Positions 51,455 through 60,795 of a stretch of 64,000 nt of DNA are shown here, in pieces. The notes beneath the pieces were generated by a model that did not search any database, was not told the DNA's origin, and saw nothing but the letters and a program-made list of their open reading frames with translations. Source of the DNA: Bacteroidota bacterium (lineage in GTDB: Bacteria > Bacteroidota > Bacteroidia > Bacteroidales > WCHB1-69); the NCBI GenBank assembly GCA_023413895.1, contig JAEZOU010000014.1:8066-72065 (forward strand), read 5' to 3'. The translations under genes and the position numbers were made by a program. Position 1 is the stretch's first letter. Every line of letters starts with the position of its first letter.

Positions 51455-54400
51455 TTAGAAACCAAATTGAACACCTAAGCTAACGCGAGTTGGCAAGCTA
51501 TAGTTGTAAGGACTTTGCATAACCATTTTGTAATAGTCGATGTAGCCCGGAACATAAACTTGTTGATTGATATTTTGTTGATATTGAGCAGCTGATAAAT
51601 AACCGTCATCTTCTGGATTTCCGGTGTAAGTATAAACGCTAAGTACGTTTTTGAAGTTGAAAAGATTCATAACATCAAGATATACCATAATGCTACCTGG
51701 TTTCATTTTGCGTTTTTCACCTTCTGTTTTAGGTTTTGCAGCTAGGTTAAGAATCCATGATTTGTAAATGCGAAGGTCACATTGGAAAATCCAAGGTTTG
51801 TTAGAACCATTAATAGATCCTGACAATTGAGATTTACCAACACCTGCAATTGTAGAGAATGGAACACTTGAACGAGAATAAGGCATACCTGATGCAGCTG
51901 AGAAACGAATAGAAGCACCTGCATTTTGGAACCAATTGATAGATTTTTTCTTACCAGTTTTCTTGCTTACCCATTCGCTAACTACTTTTGAATCATCTTC
52001 AAAGTCGAAAGATAAGTCTGCGGTAATTCTATGTCTTTGGTCGAATTCCAAGTTTGTCAAAGTTCTTAAGTTTGGTTGACCAGAAGCGATGATTGCCAAG
52101 TTAGAACCTGCTGAAGAACCTGTTCCTTTTGCAAATTGGATAGTATAAGAAGCACGAAGGTTAACAAATTTCTTTGCTCTCAAGTTGAAACCTAAAGTAA
52201 AACCTTGTACTGTACCGAAGTCGATATTATCATATGAATAATATGTGCTAGGATATGCACCTGTATAACGATATGATTGGATTTGGTCACGTTTTTCAGA
52301 ATAGTAAGCAGCGATACTAATAGCAGCATTGTTACCCACTTTTTGACGGAAACCTAATTCATAGTCAATACTTCTTTGTGGTTTCAAGTTAGGATTACTT
52401 ACTTGGTTGCCTGCACTAGAACCAAATTTTTCAATGAATAAGTAACTAATTGGATCTAATTGCAAGTTAGAAGGACGATAAGTAATAATGTTATAGTGAG
52501 CATAGAACAATGAGTTGTCTGATACTGGGAATGAGAAAGAGATACGTGGCATTACTGACCATTGTGGTTTATAATCTTCAAATGCTTTACCACTTACTTT
52601 AGAGATATTGCTTGGATCGAAAGCTTCTTTAAGGATTGGACCACCATTAGCACCTAACATAGTTGTTGGGTCAGTAACCTCTTGTCCTAAAGCATTGTAC
52701 CAAGTTGTACCGCTACGGTAACCAATAATGTTTTGAGTAGATGGGTCTAAAGTAGAACCTTTTTGATCAACATAAACTACCCAATCACCTTCTGCATTAG
52801 GAACGATTTTGTCTCCAAAAGCACCATTCAAAGAACTTACAGTATGAGCTTCACGGAAAAGGAATGGGTCTGATAATACTTGTTGGTTAGCATCGAAACG
52901 GTCAACGCGTAAACCTACGTTGAACAACATACTCTTGATAGAGAATTTATCTTGAATATACATTGCTAAATATACAGGTTCGTATGCACCAATTTCATAT
53001 CTTCTATCTACAACTTGATTTCCTTCATCATCATAAATAATGTTTCCATTATTGTCTGTTCTTGCAACACCATCAAAGAAATCAGAGATATTTGTTTTGT
53101 TACGATTAATGCTGCTACCGGTGTAGTCATATCCATAATAACTTACAAGTGGTCCACTAATACCTACCAATAACTCATCAGCTGAGAACATATTCAAATC
53201 GAATGTAGATGGATCATAACTATCAATATCCAACCAATCGCTTCCATTAGGATCTAAACCTAAAGCAATACGAAGGTTTCTATCGAAATTAGTTTGAGAA
53301 TTCAAATCCACCAATTGATTATAAGTAATTGTATCTTCAGAAAGATAGATAGGATTGTTAACATCTAATTGTAACATGTGAGAGTTTTGTTTTGCTCTCA
53401 TCAAAGTCCACAAAGAGTAAGGAGAGATACCCCAAGCGCGGTAGGTTAATTTTTCAAATTCAAAACCTAATTTCAACTCATGGTTACCCAAACTCATAGA
53501 AAGGCTTGCTTTTGCACCAATACTTTGCGTTGAAGATTTGCTATAGCTTGACATTACAGTACCTGGCATATAGAACATTCCATAAACAGTAGATGGAGAA
53601 GAACCATTCAACAATGAACCAAATTGTTGATACAACTCGTAATTGTAAGGAATATTTGATCCATACAAATCGTAGAAGAATTCCGGGGTATAATTATCCA
53701 CAAAATTTTGTGTGTACCAAGCTAAATCAGGGTTAGAAGAGGTAGATGGATCGAAAGTAATAATTGAATCATAAACAGAAGACAAAACGTTTACGTCATA
53801 AATCACAATACCATCAGGATCTGTAAGAGATTCTACTGGTAAATACATTTTTGCTTTTTTTGTTGTATATCTACCAATGTGACCATAATTAAAGAAATTA
53901 TCTTTATGTCTTTCATCTTCACTCACACCATTATTTAATGTATAATTTATATTAATATCGTACATTAAGTTTTTAAGCAAAGAGGTATCACCAGCGGTAG
54001 CAGTTTTTACTCTATGATTAATACGAGCATTCAAACGAAGTGTAGAGGCTGTTGAAATGGGGTGATTTGCACTATTGAACAAAGCTGAAGCTTGACCACC
54101 ACTACTATGACCTTTATCATATTGGTAAGAAGCACCAATAGAGATTTTCATATTATTTTTAGGTTTTCCATTAGCATCTTTACCGCCTGCAAGGAAGTCT
54201 AACTTACCTTGAACAACATAACCCCAAGAAGCTACATTTTCGCGAACTCTTTTTCTGTAGAAGTTTGTACCATCGTTGGTTAAGTATTCTGCATTATTAT
54301 AAGTTGCACCCAATTGTAATTGGTCATAACGAAGAGGATTTTTTGTCAAAGACTCAATCAAATCATCGTTTGCAACCCAAAGACCGCCTCTTGCTGGAGC

Positions 54401-55240
54401 GCCTTCTTGGCTATAATTACCTTCTGCAACAAGAAGGAAACCAACTCTTGCAGGATCGGTTTCATTTTTACTTCTCATAATAGGACCTGAGAGAGAAACA
54501 GCTGCCAAGAAATTGTTATAACCATCTAAAGATCCGCTAACCTCAGCAGAACCATGATACTCTCTTGATACACCTTTAGTGGTAATTACAGTAAAAGAGG
54601 TACCATCACCATATTCAGCTGGGATACCACCTTGGATAAGTTCAGCGCCTTCAATAGCTTGCATAGAAACACTTGAACCACCACGAACGCGCACACCATC
54701 GATAATCATTTGTTGACCATCAGGACGGTTACCACGAACGGCAGAAATACTACCATCAACACTAGATACACCTGAGAGGTTTGCCAATGCTGCTGAAATA
54801 GAACGACCCGCTTGTTTACGTACATCAGCTCCTGAAATTACGTCTGAAGATTTTGTGTTATCCGCATCAAAAATTGGTGCTTCATACACAATCTCTACAG
54901 TTTCAAGAACTGTGGAAGAACAATCCAATGTAAAGTCAATAAACTTTGTTTCTGAACCTCCAATTGGAATTCCACTTTGTTTTTGGGAAGCAAGACACAA
55001 ACCGGAACCTCCGGCAACAATGTCATAAGTTCCTGCTGAAACACCAAAAATTTGGTATTCCCCCTTGTCATCGGTGTAGGCTCCGTTCACAACACGATCT
55101 TCGGACTTCAAAACAACCATTACTCCAGAATTTGGAACTCCTTTGGCGTTTTTCACACTTCCTTTAATAGTGCTCTGAGAATAAGCAACACTACCGAAAA
55201 GGATAATTACACTAAGTGTAAAGAGTAACTTTTTAATCAT
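51455..55240 (-). CDS. Oversized TonB-dependent-receptor-like outer-membrane protein (CarboxypepD_reg-like N-terminal domain, plug and barrel), 1261 aa
   Basis: Signal peptide present. TIKGSVKNAKGVPNSGVMVVL...DDKGEYQIFGVSAGTYDI is a carboxypeptidase-regulatory-like sandwich. Plug-like region ISAVRGNRPDGQQMIIDGVRV...GGIPAEYGDG. Long alternating beta pattern. Terminal VSLGVQFGF. Confidence 0.75.
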   Translation of the reverse strand: MIKKLLFTLSVIILFGSVAYSQSTIKGSVKNAKGVPNSGVMVVLKSEDRVVNGAYTDDKGEYQIFGVSAGTYDIVAGGSGLCLASQKQSGIPIGGSETKFIDFTLDCSSTVLETVEIVYEAPIFDADNTKSSDVISGADVRKQAGRSISAALANLSGVSSVDGSISAVRGNRPDGQQMIIDGVRVRGGSSVSMQAIEGAELIQGGIPAEYGDGTSFTVITTKGVSREYHGSAEVSGSLDGYNNFLAAVSLSGPIMRSKNETDPARVGFLLVAEGNYSQEGAPARGGLWVANDDLIESLTKNPLRYDQLQLGATYNNAEYLTNDGTNFYRKRVRENVASWGYVVQGKLDFLAGGKDANGKPKNNMKISIGASYQYDKGHSSGGQASALFNSANHPISTASTLRLNARINHRVKTATAGDTSLLKNLMYDININYTLNNGVSEDERHKDNFFNYGHIGRYTTKKAKMYLPVESLTDPDGIVIYDVNVLSSVYDSIITFDPSTSSNPDLAWYTQNFVDNYTPEFFYDLYGSNIPYNYELYQQFGSLLNGSSPSTVYGMFYMPGTVMSSYSKSSTQSIGAKASLSMSLGNHELKLGFEFEKLTYRAWGISPYSLWTLMRAKQNSHMLQLDVNNPIYLSEDTITYNQLVDLNSQTNFDRNLRIALGLDPNGSDWLDIDSYDPSTFDLNMFSADELLVGISGPLVSYYGYDYTGSSINRNKTNISDFFDGVARTDNNGNIIYDDEGNQVVDRRYEIGAYEPVYLAMYIQDKFSIKSMLFNVGLRVDRFDANQQVLSDPFLFREAHTVSSLNGAFGDKIVPNAEGDWVVYVDQKGSTLDPSTQNIIGYRSGTTWYNALGQEVTDPTTMLGANGGPILKEAFDPSNISKVSGKAFEDYKPQWSVMPRISFSFPVSDNSLFYAHYNIITYRPSNLQLDPISYLFIEKFGSSAGNQVSNPNLKPQRSIDYELGFRQKVGNNAAISIAAYYSEKRDQIQSYRYTGAYPSTYYSYDNIDFGTVQGFTLGFNLRAKKFVNLRASYTIQFAKGTGSSAGSNLAIIASGQPNLRTLTNLEFDQRHRITADLSFDFEDDSKVVSEWVSKKTGKKKSINWFQNAGASIRFSAASGMPYSRSSVPFSTIAGVGKSQLSGSINGSNKPWIFQCDLRIYKSWILNLAAKPKTEGEKRKMKPGSIMVYLDVMNLFNFKNVLSVYTYTGNPEDDGYLSAAQYQQNINQQVYVPGYIDYYKMVMQSPYNYSLPTRVSLGVQFGF

Positions 55241-55295
55241 AGCCTTTTTTTTATATTAAACTTAAATTTCGCTTTTTTTCAAGGTGGTAAAAGTA

Positions 55296-55321
55296 CAAAA
55301 AATATCCACTATAAAGTGGGT
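55296..55321 (-). terminator. Weak hairpin plus T-run ending the upstream (exonuclease) transcription unit
   Basis: On the minus strand: CCACT-ttat-AGTGG (5-7 bp) followed by ATATTTTTTG. It overlaps a near-consensus -7 box (TA-ttt-TTTG, spacer one nt too long) for the TBDR-like gene. Confidence 0.35.
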
Positions 55322-55357
55322 ATTTTGTTCATATTGTTAATAAATAATGTTAAGATA

Positions 55358-55777
55358 CTAAAAATCAGGACGTTTCAATATTTCTGAATAAATTATTCCT
55401 CGTTTAATTTCCTCTTCATCAAAATTCAATTCAACATTTGTAAACTCCTCATCTTCTGATAGTTCAATTTTATTTTCTGTTGTAGGAATCCTGTTTTTTG
55501 CTCCTAAATTATCTTCATAACTAAAATGCCTTGCAACAGTATTGTTTTCTGAATGAAGAGGATTTACGGAAGTTTTAGAGATTTTTTGCCGCAAATTTTG
55601 ATAGGATTCTTCCTCCAAAGTTTCAATTTCTTCGGAAAAATTTTCTTCTATTTCCTCATCTTCAATTGCTTCTGATTGTTGCTTTGCACGTGCTACCGCT
55701 TTCTTTTTTTCTTCCTTGTAAGATTTATAAACAGAGAATAAAATTATTAATATAGCAATTAAAACTTCTATATTCAT
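55358..55777 (-). CDS. Small membrane-anchored, highly acidic hypothetical protein
   Basis: N-terminal transmembrane segment IEVLIAILIILFSVY, then Glu-rich low-complexity sequence, ending in GIIYSEILKRPDF. Its ATG overlaps the upstream stop (ATGA at 55774-55777). Confidence 0.55.
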   Translation of the reverse strand: MNIEVLIAILIILFSVYKSYKEEKKKAVARAKQQSEAIEDEEIEENFSEEIETLEEESYQNLRQKISKTSVNPLHSENNTVARHFSYEDNLGAKNRIPTTENKIELSEDEEFTNVELNFDEEEIKRGIIYSEILKRPDF

Positions 55778-56625
55778 TTGTTAAATTTGTTTTGTAATTT
55801 TTCAAAATTTACCTCATCCATAATCTGCGTAATCACTTTTTTGGTGTTATACGGGAAGTCAGCTTTCATCATCCAATCGTAATAAGCGGGTTCTTTAAAA
55901 AAGATTTCACGCACATTTTGACCCTTATATTTTCCAAAATTGAAAACTTCTTGGTCTTTGTCATTAAAAATGATATGATTTGCCAAATCTACATTCCGAT
56001 GGTCGGAGGAGAAATGGCTTAGCATATTAACATCGTTTTCAAAAATAATCTCCCTACCAGACTTGGCATCTTTATAAGTTGCTCCTTCATACATTTTAAT
56101 TTGACTTTTGAACACCTCGTATGTTGCTCTTGTATCGGCAGATGCTTGGTGAGCATCCTCTAAATTTGCGTGACAATAATACTTGTAAGCGGCAACCAAT
56201 GTACGAGGCTCCATCTTATGAAAAATGTTCTGAACATCAATAAACTTTCTGTTTCGCAAATCAAAGTCGATACCTGCACGGAAAAATTCTTCTACAAGTA
56301 AAGGAAGGTCAAATTTATTGGAATTAAAACCCGCCATATCAGAATCTCCAATAAATTGAAGAATTTCTTGTGCTTTTTCTCCAAAAGTGGGCTTATCTTT
56401 TACATCTTCGTTTGTAATATTATGGACTGCAATACAAACATCTGGAATTATAATCTGATTACCAAATTGATCTTTCCCAGGATTAAGCAACATTGTCAAT
56501 TCCTGCTCTGTTCCATCTGGAAATACTTTTAGCATAGCAATTTCCACAATTCTATCTTTACCAACATTAAGACCTGTTGTTTCTAAATCAAAAAACAACA
56601 ATGGCTTTTTCAAATTTATATTCAT
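55774..56625 (-). CDS. DEDDh 3'-5' exonuclease domain protein (DnaQ/epsilon-like) with a C-terminal extension
   Basis: Exo I FFDLETTGL, Exo II MAGFNSNKFDLPLL, Exo III HQASADTRATYEVF. Confidence 0.8.
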   Translation of the reverse strand: MNINLKKPLLFFDLETTGLNVGKDRIVEIAMLKVFPDGTEQELTMLLNPGKDQFGNQIIIPDVCIAVHNITNEDVKDKPTFGEKAQEILQFIGDSDMAGFNSNKFDLPLLVEEFFRAGIDFDLRNRKFIDVQNIFHKMEPRTLVAAYKYYCHANLEDAHQASADTRATYEVFKSQIKMYEGATYKDAKSGREIIFENDVNMLSHFSSDHRNVDLANHIIFNDKDQEVFNFGKYKGQNVREIFFKEPAYYDWMMKADFPYNTKKVITQIMDEVNFEKLQNKFNK

Positions 56626-56628
56626 AGA

Positions 56629-58578
56629 TTAATATTTTACGATTTTCAATGTTTTTTGTCTTCTATTATCTGCTATTTTTAATAAATATACTCCTTTGGG
56701 ATAATCACTCAAATTTAAAGAAAAATGAGGTTGGTCAGTTCGACCCAAGAGCAGTTTTTTCCCACTAATATCAAAGAGTGTATAAGTTGCTGAAAGATAT
56801 GATTCGCTAGTTACACTTACATTTAGTGTAGAGTGTGTAGGATTTGGATACACAGACACAAAAACATCCTTTGTAACATCATCAATATCAACAGGTTCTA
56901 TATATCCTCCCACCACAGCTCTCACCATCGGTGAACCTTTGATGAATGGTTCTTCCCAATCTGTCATCACCTTATAAAAGAAATGCCCGCGCGCGTCAGT
57001 ATTTTGGTCAAAACCAATATTTAACTGTACATTATGGTTTTGATAAAAGCCCACATAAAAAGTATCGCCAACCGCAATTGGTTCATCAAGAAAATAGGTA
57101 ATAAAGTCGTAATAATCTTGATTATGCATAGGTTGCTGTGCTTGTTGTTCATAAATTATTTGACCAGGTTTTCCATTAGCATCATTCCAGACCATCAGCG
57201 TAAAAGGGGCGAAATTCTCATCATTTTTGACAGCATTAAACCAAATTTTTACAGCACGCAATGTATCGGGGTGAGAAGTCACAAAACGAACAGCTAAGTA
57301 AGTTGCTGGTGTTTGCATTGTTGAATAGATGGAGTAACCTGCCTCTGCTGTTCCATCATCATAGGCAAAATAATTTTCAAAAGATTGATAATGTACAATC
57401 GTGTCATTATTTTTCATTATATCGCCTGCATTACCATCTACTTCGTATACATGAATTACTGTAAAATGTGCACTTTCAGTTCCATCGGGAGCTATTGTAA
57501 AATTTATAGAGGGTTCAACTTGCAATGCTGCCGATTGAAGGCCGTTATCATAATAGGGTGCAATATTTTCGTTACTTGATGGATGATTATAAATCACATT
57601 TTGGTCATTTTTAATGACTGAATAGGTATATTTACTATTTTTAGTTACTTGAGAAAGGTTTGCCATCTTATTTTCAAAATTTTCCTTTAAATAAGAGGAT
57701 TGAAAATGAGACCAAGGCATTGTATAATAGGTGTGTAAAAACGTTGTAGTAGGAGTTACAAAAGCAATATCATCAGGATATTTATCTTCACAAGTTCTAT
57801 TTTTATTTAGACGCATATAATCGATGTGCCATTGGTCGCAATTACCATCCCAACCTTGTACACCATTTCCTTCTAAACTTGCATAATTTCTAAAACGGAA
57901 TCGAAAGTTATTCGACAAATAATTAGGATCTATAATTGGAATTAAAACCTGTTTAAAATAGGTAAGATGATTAGGATCCTCTTCTATCCATTCATCAACA
58001 CTTTCACCTTCTGTACTCCACACTTCACTCCAAACCATAGCAGTATCTTGCAAATACCCAAACTCTAAAATTAATTTATCGTATCTTTCGGGTTGATTTC
58101 CAATTCTTTCCCACTGTACGTATGGGTAAGTTGTAGAAGCACCGCCTGGTTGATAATAGAAACTGAAATAGAGAGAATCTGCGGGAGAGCAAGAGCCTAA
58201 GAGAAAGGGTTGCGATGTTAACGTATCAGCAGAAAAATTATCTGAGGATGCGTGCACATAAATTTCACCATTTTCATCTAAAGCATCAAGGGTTATAGCA
58301 CCGATAGTTGGCGGTATTACGGGATAGGTATTATTTACATAAGCCTGTCTATCAGCAAAATACTTAGGATTTGGGAAACCACAATAGTTTGAAAAATCTT
58401 CATAAAAAGGCAAAGAGACGGGTGAAACCTCATCCTTAACTCCATTATCTTTCAACAACAAAGCTTCTTTTTGAATTTTCACATCTCTCTGCAAACCTGT
58501 CAAACGCTCTTGAGCCTGAACAGATATAGCAGTAGAAAAAATAAAAGTTGTAAGAAGCAGAAAAAATTTTTTATTCAT
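56629..58578 (-). CDS. Hypothetical T9SS cargo protein, 649 aa
   Basis: Signal peptide MNKKFFLLLTTFIFSTAISVQAQ. The CTD reads VYPNPTHSTLNVSV...YPKGVYLLKIADNRRQKTLKIVKY. Confidence 0.7.
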   Translation of the reverse strand: MNKKFFLLLTTFIFSTAISVQAQERLTGLQRDVKIQKEALLLKDNGVKDEVSPVSLPFYEDFSNYCGFPNPKYFADRQAYVNNTYPVIPPTIGAITLDALDENGEIYVHASSDNFSADTLTSQPFLLGSCSPADSLYFSFYYQPGGASTTYPYVQWERIGNQPERYDKLILEFGYLQDTAMVWSEVWSTEGESVDEWIEEDPNHLTYFKQVLIPIIDPNYLSNNFRFRFRNYASLEGNGVQGWDGNCDQWHIDYMRLNKNRTCEDKYPDDIAFVTPTTTFLHTYYTMPWSHFQSSYLKENFENKMANLSQVTKNSKYTYSVIKNDQNVIYNHPSSNENIAPYYDNGLQSAALQVEPSINFTIAPDGTESAHFTVIHVYEVDGNAGDIMKNNDTIVHYQSFENYFAYDDGTAEAGYSIYSTMQTPATYLAVRFVTSHPDTLRAVKIWFNAVKNDENFAPFTLMVWNDANGKPGQIIYEQQAQQPMHNQDYYDFITYFLDEPIAVGDTFYVGFYQNHNVQLNIGFDQNTDARGHFFYKVMTDWEEPFIKGSPMVRAVVGGYIEPVDIDDVTKDVFVSVYPNPTHSTLNVSVTSESYLSATYTLFDISGKKLLLGRTDQPHFSLNLSDYPKGVYLLKIADNRRQKTLKIVKY

Positions 58579-58604
58579 TATTATAATTGATTTCTTGGTA
58601 TTAA

Positions 58605-59195
58605 TTACAGACTATCCGCAATAATTTCTCCAACAACGGGCAACTCTTCAATATCTTTTCCTACCACTAAAGTTATAGATTCACCCATACTGATTTCCGT
58701 ACCTGGTGCAATAGCTCTTCCTTTATACAATTGTTCTAAAACCACATCTTCATACGGACTTGGTTTATTAATCACGTTGGTAAGTTTCAAACCAATAGCT
58801 TCCAACATTATTTCTGCTTGACGGCGTGAAACATCTTTCAATGCTGGCATTTTTACTTTGGGAGGAACGGAGGATGCCACCGTTAGATAAACTTTTCGTC
58901 CTCGTTTTACTTTTTCGTTTGGAAGAGGATTTTGCGTTAAAATAGTTCCAGCTTCATGTTCTTTATCATATACATAATCAGAAACTACAATAATAAAGTC
59001 TTTTGACAAACTATCTTTTAGCAGCACATCGGCATCTTGTCCGATAAAAGTGGGCATCTCAATTTCATTTCCATGACGCGTATAGACACGCGTGCCCCAA
59101 CTAAAGAGCAAAATTAAAACGATAGTTACAACAACAGCAAGAACAAGGTGAAAGCCTAATCCCTTCGGTTTAAAAAAGTCAATAAATTTACCCAT
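58605..59195 (-). CDS. PASTA domain-containing membrane protein
   Basis: N-terminal transmembrane segment, then two PASTA-like units (MPTFIGQDADVLL...; VKMPALKDVSRRQAEIMLEAIGLKL). Confidence 0.7.
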   Translation of the reverse strand: MGKFIDFFKPKGLGFHLVLAVVVTIVLILLFSWGTRVYTRHGNEIEMPTFIGQDADVLLKDSLSKDFIIVVSDYVYDKEHEAGTILTQNPLPNEKVKRGRKVYLTVASSVPPKVKMPALKDVSRRQAEIMLEAIGLKLTNVINKPSPYEDVVLEQLYKGRAIAPGTEISMGESITLVVGKDIEELPVVGEIIADSL

Positions 59196-59251
59196 ATTAA
59201 ACTATAAACAAAATATGTAACAACAAAAACACCAATTTATTTTTCTGCCCA

Positions 59252-59259
59252 CAAAAATA
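59252..59259 (-). promoter_or_regulatory. -7 box (TAttTTTG on the minus strand) for the PASTA/T9SS/exonuclease unit
   Basis: The plus strand reads CAAAAATA. It lies 57 nt upstream of ATG 59195. Confidence 0.4.
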
Positions 59260-59284
59260 ATAGTTTTTTTATTATGTATAGAAA

Positions 59285-59317
59285 TATAAAAAAGAGTTGC
59301 TAACTATTGAGCAACTC
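59285..59317 (-). terminator. Rho-independent terminator after metK
   Basis: On the minus strand: GAGTTGCT-caatagtt-AGCAACTC (8-bp stem) followed by TTTTTTAT. Confidence 0.75.
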
Positions 59318-59324
59318 CTTATTT

Positions 59325-60614
59325 TTAGTTCAATACTGGGAATAAATCTTTGATTTTATCAACATAATCGGTTTCTTCCCAAGCGAAGAATTTCACATTT
59401 TTAAAAATTCTCTCTTTACCATCTAAAACTTTCTTATATGTATTTTTATCTTCATAGAACACTTCTACCTCTTGTGTATAAGGGTCTCTTCCGAAGTGGC
59501 CGTATGAAGCAGTGGGTAAATAGATAGGATTTTTCAACTGGAATCTTTCGATAATATCAAAAGGTTTTAAAGAGAATATTGTTTTGATTTTTTCTGCAAT
59601 TTCTCCATCTGACATATTTACCTTTGCTGTATTGTAGGTATTGATAAAAAGGCCAACAGGTTCAGCCACACCGATTGCATAGGCCAACTGTACCAGCACC
59701 TCATCACAGATTCCTGCAGCTACCATATTTTTAGCGATATGGCGTGCTGCATACGCTGCAGATCGATCCACTTTTGAAGGATCTTTTCCTGAAAATGCGC
59801 CACCACCGTGTGCACCTCTTCCTCCGTAAGTATCAACAATAATTTTTCTTCCGGTAAGTCCTGTATCACCATGAGGTCCTCCAATTACAAACTTTCCTGT
59901 AGGGTTTACATATAATTTATACCCTTTATCAAACAATTTTTGAATATTGACAGGACATTCAGCAATTACTTGAGGAATTAGAATATTTTCAACGTCTTCA
60001 CGAATTTTGGCCAACATAGTATCATCATCAGCAAATTCATCGTGTTGAGTAGAAACAACAATTGCATCAATTTTCTCAGGAGTTTTATCATCAGCATATT
60101 GGATGGTAACTTGAGATTTTGCATCGGGGCGTAAATAGGTCATCACCTTTCCCTCGCGTCTGATTTCAGCTAACTTTTGAAGAATTATATGTGCGAGTTC
60201 CGAAGTTACAGGCATAAAATTATCCATTTCGCGACACGCATAGCCAAACATAATTCCTTGGTCTCCAGCTCCTTGATTTTCAGCCTCTTCACGTTCAACG
60301 CCTTGGTTAATATCTGAAGATTGACCATGAATAGCTGTTAGCACAGCACAAGATTTGGCATCAAATTGATAATCGCTCTTATTATACCCGATTTGGTTAA
60401 TTACTTTACGAGCAATATCATCTACTGCCACATAGCCTTTTGTTTTTACTTCACCGGCAGACACCACAAGTCCGGTAGTTACTAATGTTTCACAAGCTAC
60501 TTTTGAGTTAGGGTCATTCGCAAGAAATGCATCTAATAATGCATCTGAAATTTGATCACTTACCTTATCCGGGTGTCCTTCGGAAACAGATTCTGATGTA
60601 AATAAATAACTCAT
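59325..60614 (-). CDS. metK: S-adenosylmethionine synthetase
   Basis: [52 protein letters not shown]. Confidence 0.96.
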   Translation of the reverse strand: MSYLFTSESVSEGHPDKVSDQISDALLDAFLANDPNSKVACETLVTTGLVVSAGEVKTKGYVAVDDIARKVINQIGYNKSDYQFDAKSCAVLTAIHGQSSDINQGVEREEAENQGAGDQGIMFGYACREMDNFMPVTSELAHIILQKLAEIRREGKVMTYLRPDAKSQVTIQYADDKTPEKIDAIVVSTQHDEFADDDTMLAKIREDVENILIPQVIAECPVNIQKLFDKGYKLYVNPTGKFVIGGPHGDTGLTGRKIIVDTYGGRGAHGGGAFSGKDPSKVDRSAAYAARHIAKNMVAAGICDEVLVQLAYAIGVAEPVGLFINTYNTAKVNMSDGEIAEKIKTIFSLKPFDIIERFQLKNPIYLPTASYGHFGRDPYTQEVEVFYEDKNTYKKVLDGKERIFKNVKFFAWEETDYVDKIKDLFPVLN

Positions 60615-60739
60615 CTTTACAAAATTAAAACGTTAATAATTAAACTGTTGCCGTAAAAAATAGGAGGGATTATCAATGGTTTAGCATTTTTTCAAGTGGT
60701 TGCAATCATAACAAATCTTTCCACATTTTTTTGGCTCGG

Positions 60740-60747
60740 CAAAAATA
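60740..60747 (-). promoter_or_regulatory. -7 box (TAttTTTG on the minus strand) for metK
   Basis: The plus strand reads CAAAAATA. It implies a ~120-nt leader. Confidence 0.45.
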
Positions 60748-60770
60748 CATTTTTTTTCACACAAATTTTG

Positions 60771-60778
60771 TACTTTTG
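60771..60778 (+). promoter_or_regulatory. -7 box TActTTTG for sufCD
   Basis: Exact TAnnTTTG, 17 nt upstream of ATG 60796. Confidence 0.5.
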
Positions 60779-60795
60779 CACCCAAAATTTTTACT

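Noticed and set aside
60669-60685. Strong Shine-Dalgarno-like AGGAGGG followed by ATG on the plus strand
   Set aside because: The ATG opens a two-codon ORF (ATG GTT TAG). It is probably a chance match, or part of the antisense strand of the metK leader.
60615-60739. Possible SAM riboswitch in the ~120-nt metK leader
   Set aside because: I could not find SAM-I cores (GAGGGA...GCAACC) in the metK-sense orientation. They appear only as reverse complements. I also found no convincing SAM-II/V pseudoknot. The leader is AT-rich. A covariance-model scan would be needed to settle this.
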